Positions 55,159 through 61,860 of a stretch of 61,860 nucleotides of DNA are shown here, piece after piece (the stretch's first letter is position 1; each line of letters starts with the position of its first letter). The position numbers were made by a program, and so were the translations under genes. Where the stretch lies: positions 41,347 to 103,206 of the forward strand of contig PMJQ01000184.1 in assembly GCA_003157485.1 (NCBI GenBank). The letters are read 5' to 3'. The notes under the pieces are model-generated. The model was given only the letters and a program-made list of their open reading frames with translations. It was not told the DNA's origin and did no database searches. The DNA is from Ignavibacteriota bacterium. GTDB lineage: Bacteria > Bacteroidota > Ignavibacteria > UBA10030 > UBA6906.

Positions 55159-56103
55159 GTGAGCAATCTTGCCACCCGCGTCCTTGTAGCGGTCGTGGGC
55201 ATACCCGTCATCCTCCTGGTCACAATGGCCGGAGGTTTTTATTTCTATGGCTTCGTGCTTATCGTCGCGCTCCTTGCGATGCACGAGCTGTATGGTCTTG
55301 CGCGCGCAAAGGGGATGTCGCCCCAGACGGGGCCCGGGATGGTGCTCGGGGGGCTAATCGTCACCTCGTTCGCCTGGTTCAAAGTGCGTCTCCTTGTCGC
55401 CGGCGGGCTCCTGAATATGGGAATTCATGTTCCGTTTCCCACGATGGCGCAGGCGCTCCTGATACTCTCTCTGGTGGCCCTTCCGGCGGTGATGACGGCG
55501 GAACTCTTCCGTGGTCGGGCGGGCCCGATCATGAATATCGCCGTCACGCTTTTCGGCGCAGGGTACGTGGGGCTCTGTCTGGGTTCGCTCGTCGGACTCA
55601 GGGAGCTCTTCATTCCCGAAGACTTTCCGGTGTACGCGTTCTTTCCCGTTCACGGGACAGCCGTTCCCGATGACGTGGCTGCCGTGTTGTACCGGTGGGG
55701 GGGATACACGGTGATCGCGCTTTTTGCATCGATCTGGCTGTGTGATTCCGCCGCCTATTTCGCGGGGCGGAAATTCGGACGCCACAGGCTGTTTGAGAGG
55801 GTCAGTCCCAAAAAGTCATGGGAGGGGGCTCTGGCCGGATTCCTCGCGGCGCTGGGAGCGTTCCAGGTTGCGCGCCTCCTGGTTCTCCCTTATATGACCG
55901 TTCCCGATGCCCTCGTGTGCGGGGTCATCGTGGGGGTGTGCGGACAGGTGGGCGACCTCGCCGAATCGCTCCTGAAGCGGGATGCGGGGGTGAAAGACTC
56001 TTCGACGCTGATTCCCGGCCACGGCGGAGTTCTCGACCGTTTCGACAGTCTGCTCTTTGTCACCCCCCTTGTCTTTGTCTATCTTGATTTTATCGTGTTC
56101 TGA
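55159..56103 (+). CDS. cdsA: Phosphatidate cytidylyltransferase
   Basis: DSAAYFAG..FG.H.L..RVSPKKSWEG and GDLAESLLKRDAGVKDS...IPGHGGVLDRFDS. Confidence 0.95.
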   Translation: MSNLATRVLVAVVGIPVILLVTMAGGFYFYGFVLIVALLAMHELYGLARAKGMSPQTGPGMVLGGLIVTSFAWFKVRLLVAGGLLNMGIHVPFPTMAQALLILSLVALPAVMTAELFRGRAGPIMNIAVTLFGAGYVGLCLGSLVGLRELFIPEDFPVYAFFPVHGTAVPDDVAAVLYRWGGYTVIALFASIWLCDSAAYFAGRKFGRHRLFERVSPKKSWEGALAGFLAALGAFQVARLLVLPYMTVPDALVCGVIVGVCGQVGDLAESLLKRDAGVKDSSTLIPGHGGVLDRFDSLLFVTPLVFVYLDFIVF

Positions 56104-56117
56104 GCGGAGGGAAGTGC

Positions 56118-57428
56118 ATGAGCGCAGGGAGAAGGCAGAAAGTCCATGTCATTACCATGGGCTGCGTCAAGAACACGGTCGATTCCGAAAAACTGATGGC
56201 GCAGCTCCGGCGGAGCAACTTCGATGTCGTCCCCACGCCCGAGGGCGCGGATGCGGCGGTGATCAACACCTGCGGGTTCATCGATGCGGCGAAGGAAGAA
56301 TCGATCGACATGATCATCGCGCAGGTGAAGAAGAAGGGGAGGGGCTCGCCGGGCAGGGTGTACGCCATGGGGTGTCTCACGGAGAGGTACCGGACGGAGA
56401 TCGCGGGGGAAATCCCGGAACTTGACGGCATATTCGGGTCGAACCAGATACCGGAGGTCGTGCGGGCCCTGGGCGGGGAGTACAGGGCCGACCTTCTCGG
56501 CGAACGGATGCTGACGACCCCCTCCCACTTCGCCTACCTGAAGATCTCCGAAGGGTGCGACAACCCCTGCTCCTTCTGCGCGATCCCGCTCATGCGGGGG
56601 AAGCACGTCAGCAGGCCGGTCGAAGATATTCTCCGCGAGGCCGAAACCCTTGCCGCGGGCGGGGTGAAAGAACTCATCGTCATCGGACAGGACACCACGG
56701 CATACGGCATCGACAGGTACGGGGAGCGCCGGATCGCCTGGCTTCTCCCGATGATCGCAGACATTCCGGGGATCGAGTGGGTCAGGCTCATGTACGCCTA
56801 CCCTGCGCACTTTCCGGAAGGGCTCCTCGACGTCCTTGCAGGCCATCCCCGCGTGTGCAGATACCTCGACATCCCTGTGCAGCATGCTGCGGAGAGCGTC
56901 CTCAAATCGATGCGGCGGGGGATATCGAGGAGGTCGCTTCTCGAACTGCTTGCCAGGATACGGGAGGCCGGCGTCGCCCTGCGGACGACGCTCATCGTCG
57001 GATATCCCGGCGAATCCGAGGCCGACTTTTCCCTCCTTGAATCGTTTGTGCGTGAGACGCGGTTTGCCCGGCTCGGCGTCTTCACCTATTCTCGCGAGGA
57101 AGGGACGTCGGCGTATCCTCTGGGAGACCCGGTCCCGCAGGAGGAGAAAGAGCGCCGGAAAGGTGTGATTATGGAGATACAGAAGGAGATTTCCACCGGA
57201 CGGAACGAGGCGCTCATCGGCACGAAGATCCGGGTGTTGATCGACAGGGCCGAGGCGGATGTCTATGCAGGACGGACGGAGCGGGATGCTCCCGAAATTG
57301 ACAATGAGGTGTACGTGACGTCTCCCCGGCCGCTCGAGCCCGGATCATTCTCCGATGTGGAAATCCACGATGCCACTGAATACGACCTGTACGGGAGGGT
57401 GCAATCATGGAGCGGCGCGCCGGTGTAA
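56118..57428 (+). CDS. rimO: Ribosomal protein S12 methylthiotransferase
   Basis: MGCVKNTVDSE, NTCGFI, YLKISEGCDNPCSFCAIP, YLDIPVQH, RTTLIVG.PGE and TRAM domain (DAPEID). Confidence 0.95.
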   Translation: MSAGRRQKVHVITMGCVKNTVDSEKLMAQLRRSNFDVVPTPEGADAAVINTCGFIDAAKEESIDMIIAQVKKKGRGSPGRVYAMGCLTERYRTEIAGEIPELDGIFGSNQIPEVVRALGGEYRADLLGERMLTTPSHFAYLKISEGCDNPCSFCAIPLMRGKHVSRPVEDILREAETLAAGGVKELIVIGQDTTAYGIDRYGERRIAWLLPMIADIPGIEWVRLMYAYPAHFPEGLLDVLAGHPRVCRYLDIPVQHAAESVLKSMRRGISRRSLLELLARIREAGVALRTTLIVGYPGESEADFSLLESFVRETRFARLGVFTYSREEGTSAYPLGDPVPQEEKERRKGVIMEIQKEISTGRNEALIGTKIRVLIDRAEADVYAGRTERDAPEIDNEVYVTSPRPLEPGSFSDVEIHDATEYDLYGRVQSWSGAPV

Positions 57429-58717
57429 TCCTCGCAATAACCTCGCTTGTCGCGTGCGGAACGGTCGCGGCCCAGGTCGAGATTCCCGCGCAGGTGCCTC
57501 CGGAGTACTCGGCCACGCTCTTTCTCGACCCGATCGCATTTCTGGGATCCAGGCCCGGGGAGACCCGGCTCGATGTGTTCGTCAGGATCGGGTACGACAA
57601 TTTGAGCTTCGTGAAAACGGGGGACACGTATGCCGCGTCGTTCGAGCTGGAGATCAGAATCGAAGACTCCACGGGGACGCAGGTCATTGACACGATGACG
57701 GCGGAGAATATCGGGGGACTCACGTTCGACCAATCGGTCGCAACGTCGGGCTTTTCGCTCAAGCAGCGCTCCTTTCCCGTATCGCCCGGGCGGTATGCCG
57801 TGTTCGTGAGCATCCGGGATCTTGAATCCAAAAGCGAGAAGAAGGCGTCGTACAGGTGCATCGTTCCGGATTTTACGAATCCCGTTGTCGCGCTCAGCGA
57901 CCTGATGATCGTAGGCCGGTTGTCACTCCATGACGGCAGGAGATCGATACAGCCGAATGTCTCCCCCAACGTCGGCAACCTTGCGGGCAAATTCTTCGTT
58001 TTTTTCGAGGTCTATAACAGGACCGGCGGTGATTCGGTCCGGTTCGAGGCGCGCGTCGTCGACCTGAAACAGGAAATCGTTGTAAACGCGGACACGACGC
58101 AGCTGATCGCGCACGGGCGGAATGAGGTCTTCATGCAGATAGACAACTCCGCACTGCCGATCGGGGACTACATCCTTTCCATCCGGGCGATTCCCGCCTC
58201 CGTACCGCGCGGCGTTGAAGGGAAGGCCGTCGCGTCGCGGGTGCGGGAGATCATCGTCCGCTGGGACGGCCTTCCCCGCGCGGCGAAGGATCTCGACATC
58301 GCGATTGAACAGCTCCAGTATATTGCGAAGGACAACGAGATGGCCGATCTGAAGTCGGCCGCGACGCTCGCGGAGAAGCAGCAGAAGTTTCTCGATTTCT
58401 GGAAACGGCGGAGCACGAACCCGAATGCCCCCCGCAACGAAAAGATGGCGCTCTATTATGCCCGGATCGAATACGCCAACAGGCATTTCTCCCGCTACCG
58501 TGAGGGGTGGCGCACGGACATGGGACTCGTGTACATCCTTCTGGGTCCGCCGAGCAACGTGGAACGGTATCCGTTTCAGATCGACGAAAAGCCGGAGGAA
58601 GTGTGGCAGTACTACGAGCTGAATTTTCAGTTTGTCTTCAGGGATGAGAACGGCTTCGGGGACTACCGCCTCCTGACGCCGCTCTGGGAAGTGTACAACC
58701 GCCGCCGTGACTTCTGA
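57407..58717 (+). CDS. GWxTD domain-containing secreted protein
   Basis: Signal peptide; F...FW..R...P....NE....Y..R..YAN..F..GWRTDMG.VYILLGPP and W.Y. Confidence 0.88.
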   Translation: MERRAGVILAITSLVACGTVAAQVEIPAQVPPEYSATLFLDPIAFLGSRPGETRLDVFVRIGYDNLSFVKTGDTYAASFELEIRIEDSTGTQVIDTMTAENIGGLTFDQSVATSGFSLKQRSFPVSPGRYAVFVSIRDLESKSEKKASYRCIVPDFTNPVVALSDLMIVGRLSLHDGRRSIQPNVSPNVGNLAGKFFVFFEVYNRTGGDSVRFEARVVDLKQEIVVNADTTQLIAHGRNEVFMQIDNSALPIGDYILSIRAIPASVPRGVEGKAVASRVREIIVRWDGLPRAAKDLDIAIEQLQYIAKDNEMADLKSAATLAEKQQKFLDFWKRRSTNPNAPRNEKMALYYARIEYANRHFSRYREGWRTDMGLVYILLGPPSNVERYPFQIDEKPEEVWQYYELNFQFVFRDENGFGDYRLLTPLWEVYNRRRDF

Positions 58718-60521
58718 ACCGGCCACCGACGTCCGCTTGCCCGCGCGCACCGCCCCGGCCCGGGGTCCCGTCTGGTGCCCGCGGCTGGTTCTTCTGCTCG
58801 TCGCCGTGTCATCCCTCTGCGATGCCTCCACGATCCGTTCCCTTGCGGTCCGGGGGAACACCGTCTTTACCGCCCGCGAAATCACCGGCTGGCTTGCATC
58901 CCGCACCGGCGTTCCGTTTTCTCCGGCCGCGCTCCGGAGCGATTCCGGGCTCGTCCTCGACGCGTACCGCGGCCAGGGATACCTTGGCGCCCGGGTCCGT
59001 TTTGACCCGTTATTTTCCTCCCCCGATAGTGCATTCGTCGACATCGGGCTTGTAGTAGAAGAAGGGAGGCAGGCCGTCGTCGCCCGGATCAGCGTGGCGG
59101 GAGAGAGCAGGCTTTCGGAGGCGGAGATTCTGAGCCGGTTTGACCTGGCCCCCGGCGCCCCCCTGAATCAGGGCGTTCTGGAGAAGGACATCGACGCACT
59201 TCTTGTACGATATGAAAAGCTGGGGTACCCGCTTGTCCGCTGCTCTGTCGACAGCCTCGGATCGCGGGCTGGGATCGACGGGGACTCCGTCGACGTTCTC
59301 CTCCGGATCGAAGAAGGGTCTCTGATGACAATCGACGAGATCCGCGTGGAGGGGAACAAAGAGACTGACGCGTCCGTCATCATGCGCGAGACGCGGCTTC
59401 AGCGGGGTGAACCGTTCAACCCGGCCAAGATCGACGCCATCAGGGAGCGCCTGAAACGGCTGAACATATTCTCCTCCGTCTCGGATCCCGAGCTGTATGT
59501 CCGTGACGGGCACGGGGGACTCCTTATCAACGTCAAGGAGGGGAATACCAACACGTTCGACGGCATCCTGGGATACATCCCCCCCGCGGTCCCGGGAACA
59601 GGCGGATATCTGACCGGTCTTGCGTCGGTGTCGATGCGTAATCTTTTCGGCACCGGGCGCAAGCTGAGCCTGAGGTGGCAGCGGGAGGACCGCCTCTCGC
59701 AGGAGATCGGCGTCCGGTACGTTGAGCCGTGGATATTCTCCCTCCCTGTGAACGTCGGCGGAGGTTTCCTCCAGAGGCAGCAGGACAGCACGTACGTGCG
59801 GCGCACTGTCGACCTCCAGACTGAACTCATGCTTTCGGAAGAGCTTTCGGTCTCCCTCGTCTTCAGCTCCGAGAAGGTCATTCCCGCCTCAGATTCGACG
59901 ACCGCTCGGCCGGCCGTCGGAACCAGCGAGACGACCGGCGGCATCGAAATTCAGTACGACACACGGGACGACATCTACAGTGCGGAGTCGGGAGTCCGGT
60001 ATTTGACCGATTACCATTACGGGCGCAAATCGATCGGCTCGATCCCCCCGGGGGTCTCTGCCGGGGCGGTCACAGGGGGGACAATACAGCGGCTCGGGGT
60101 CGACTTTGAGTTTTACCTTTCCCTCTTCCGGCGGCAGGTGATGGCATTCGGCATCCACGGGAGGGAGATCCGGACGGGGGAAGTTCAGCCGGGCGAAATG
60201 TACCAGTTCGGCGGCGCGAACACGCTCCGGGGCTACCGGGAGAACCAGTTCATGGGTGCCGAGATCGCCTGGACGAACGCGGAGTACCGTTTCCTTATTG
60301 CGCGGAGGTCATTCCTGTTCGGATTTCTCGACACCGGGTACTACGACCTCCCGGCCGATGATCTTCTCGGCACTCCGTCGGCGCGCGCGTTCAAATACGG
60401 CTACGGGATCGGGATCCGGATCGACACTCCCCTGGGGAACATGGGTGTGAGTCTGGCATTCGGCCAGGGAGACACGTTCGGTACTGCGAAGATCCACATC
60501 GGGCTTATCAATGATTTCTGA
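58707..60521 (+). CDS. BamA/TamA (Omp85) family outer-membrane protein with POTRA domains
   Basis: POTRA-like repeats (I.V.GN, F.SV, V.EG), NLFGTG, GGANTLRGY (VRGY-like) and G.GIRIDTPLG; C-terminal Phe. Confidence 0.88.
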   Translation: MTSEPATDVRLPARTAPARGPVWCPRLVLLLVAVSSLCDASTIRSLAVRGNTVFTAREITGWLASRTGVPFSPAALRSDSGLVLDAYRGQGYLGARVRFDPLFSSPDSAFVDIGLVVEEGRQAVVARISVAGESRLSEAEILSRFDLAPGAPLNQGVLEKDIDALLVRYEKLGYPLVRCSVDSLGSRAGIDGDSVDVLLRIEEGSLMTIDEIRVEGNKETDASVIMRETRLQRGEPFNPAKIDAIRERLKRLNIFSSVSDPELYVRDGHGGLLINVKEGNTNTFDGILGYIPPAVPGTGGYLTGLASVSMRNLFGTGRKLSLRWQREDRLSQEIGVRYVEPWIFSLPVNVGGGFLQRQQDSTYVRRTVDLQTELMLSEELSVSLVFSSEKVIPASDSTTARPAVGTSETTGGIEIQYDTRDDIYSAESGVRYLTDYHYGRKSIGSIPPGVSAGAVTGGTIQRLGVDFEFYLSLFRRQVMAFGIHGREIRTGEVQPGEMYQFGGANTLRGYRENQFMGAEIAWTNAEYRFLIARRSFLFGFLDTGYYDLPADDLLGTPSARAFKYGYGIGIRIDTPLGNMGVSLAFGQGDTFGTAKIHIGLINDF

Positions 60522-61191
60522 CGGAATCACGGACCGGACTCCGGGCGCCGATCACGGACCCCTTCACGTGCTGGAAGATTCGCTCCGGGCGGAAGGCTTT
60601 TCTGTCGCGGGAATAGATGAGGCGGGGAGAGGCCCGCTCGCCGGGCCCGTTGTGGCGGCCGCCGTGATCTTCTCTTCCGGCACGCTCATCGCCGGCGTCA
60701 ACGACTCAAAGAAGCTTACCCCCGCGGCCCGCGGAGCGCTGTTCGACGGGATCATGAGCCGGGCGTACGCTGTCGGGGTCGGGTCCGTCGACAACACGGA
60801 GATCGACGAGATCAACATACTGAACGCGACATTCCTCGCAATGGATCGTGCCGTGGGAGCCCTGGGCCTTCGCCCCGGGCACATGATCATTGACGGGAAC
60901 CTGTTCAGGCCGGGTGCCGCCACGCTCGGAATCCCCTTCACGACGGTCATCGGGGGGGACGGCCTCTGCTTCTCGATTGCCGCCGCTTCCATTATCGCCA
61001 AGGTCACGCGGGACAGGACAATGGAGGAACTCGACAGGGCGTACCCTGGGTATGGATTTGCGAAACACAAGGGGTACGGCACCGCCGCTCACCGGGAGGC
61101 GATACTCAGGCTCGGCATGTGCCCCATCCACCGCCGCTCATTTCATTCCCGAGCCGGGAGCGGCCGGATCGTCGCCGGGGAGAACGCGTGA
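60511..61191 (+). CDS. rnhB: Ribonuclease HII
   Basis: AGIDEAGRGPLAGPV, NDSKKL, IDG, GD....SIAAASIIAKVTRD, HKGYGT and HRRSF. Confidence 0.96.
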   Translation: MISDGITDRTPGADHGPLHVLEDSLRAEGFSVAGIDEAGRGPLAGPVVAAAVIFSSGTLIAGVNDSKKLTPAARGALFDGIMSRAYAVGVGSVDNTEIDEINILNATFLAMDRAVGALGLRPGHMIIDGNLFRPGAATLGIPFTTVIGGDGLCFSIAAASIIAKVTRDRTMEELDRAYPGYGFAKHKGYGTAAHREAILRLGMCPIHRRSFHSRAGSGRIVAGENA

Positions 61192-61201
61192 AGGGGCCAC
61201 G

Positions 61202-61588
61202 TTGACCGGCCCTGCAGAGCGGCGGATCCCCCGCCGCAACCTCCGCAGGGAAGGAACGCGGGGGGAGGAGATCGCGTCCCGTTTTCTCGCTGCGCGCGGG
61301 TACCGGATCGTCGAACGGAATTTCCGTCACAGGCGAACCGGCGAGATCGACATCGTCGCCCGCGACGGAGAGGACCTCGTCTTCTGTGAAGTCAAGATGC
61401 GGACGAACGCCGCATTCGGACCCCCGGAATATGCGGTCACATCGTCGAAACAGCAGACGATCCGGAGAGTCGCCTCTGCCTATCTTGCCATTCACGGCAT
61501 CACCGGCCAGGCCTGCAGGTTCGATGTTGTGACGATTATCGACGGCGGAGGCTCGCCGGCGATCACGCTTCTGAGGAACGCGTTTTAA
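61202..61588 (+). CDS. YraN family (UPF0102) protein
   Basis: G..GE..A..FL...GY.I.ERNF, GEIDIVA, FCEVKMR and RFDV; TTG start inferred. Confidence 0.9.
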   Translation: MTGPAERRIPRRNLRREGTRGEEIASRFLAARGYRIVERNFRHRRTGEIDIVARDGEDLVFCEVKMRTNAAFGPPEYAVTSSKQQTIRRVASAYLAIHGITGQACRFDVVTIIDGGGSPAITLLRNAF

Positions 61589-61623
61589 GCGATTCATCCT
61601 GCCACCACCAGGGGAGTGTCGAC

Positions 61624-61860
61624 ATGCATGCATTGCCGCTGATCATCGGGTCACTCTGTGTGATGGCGATCGCGTACAGGTACTATAGCGCGTTCATCGC
61701 CGCGAAGGTCGTTGCGCTCGATGACACGCGGGAGACCCCTGCCCATGTGCTCAAAGACGGCCAGAACTACATGCCGACGAACAAATGGGTGCTGTTCGGA
61801 CACCACTTTGCGGCGATCTCAGGGGCCGGCCCGCTCATCGGGCCGGTGCTGGCGGCGCAG
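61624..61860 (+). CDS. cstA: Carbon starvation protein A family transporter, 5' part (truncated; not in ORF track)
   Basis: MHALPLIIG...[10 protein letters not shown]...[39 protein letters not shown]; GGGGAG SD. Confidence 0.93.
   Translation, partial: MHALPLIIGSLCVMAIAYRYYSAFIAAKVVALDDTRETPAHVLKDGQNYMPTNKWVLFGHHFAAISGAGPLIGPVLAAQ

Noticed and set aside
105-61588. ORF-track N-terminal extensions (e.g. starts at 105, 7373, 15393, 23783, 27166, 29126, 32544, 53922, 60890; 38748 minus)
   Set aside because: They overlap upstream genes or promoters; downstream starts with SD or stop-start coupling match family N-termini.
1-61860. tRNA, rRNA, tmRNA, IS elements, integrases, prophage and defence genes
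   Set aside because: No T-loop/cloverleaf signatures or transposase, integrase or phage motifs were seen, and intergenic gaps are short. A tRNAscan/Rfam run was not possible.

Overview
High-GC bacterial chromosomal segment with about 50 genes, almost all on the + strand. Several markers point to an FCB-group organism, probably Ignavibacteria-like (inference): a Bacteroidota-type QueA motif, a rhomboid with a C-terminal acidic/basic tail, a GWxTD protein and LPS genes. Most genes are housekeeping (uvrB, gap-pgk, ispG, folD, sucC, gatB, tpiA, smc, lpxB/K, ppdK, queA, ispD, plsY-gpsA, hppA, recG, dnaG, cdsA, rimO, rnhB). No tRNA, rRNA, CRISPR, IS or prophage was recognised. The best candidates for novelty are: (1) a four-gene operon at 44.5-48.6 kb with two non-canonical Ddl-like ATP-grasp ligases, a small GNAT and a KamA-type lysine 2,3-aminomutase, preceded by an Arg-rich uORF and a structured leader, where the first gene lacks any standard start codon; (2) a multiheme cytochrome / outer-membrane beta-barrel / membrane-anchored, circularly permuted ferredoxin-flavoprotein locus at 1-3.3 kb; (3) a family of GGCGCC-built intergenic repeats at four sites; (4) a membrane-anchored GH2 whose catalytic nucleophile is replaced by Arg; (5) a consistent TTG-N17-TAnnTT(G) promoter consensus with leaderless genes; and (6) an ICMT-family methyltransferase next to lpxB that may methylate lipid A. 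All calls come from motif recognition by eye; no searches were run.
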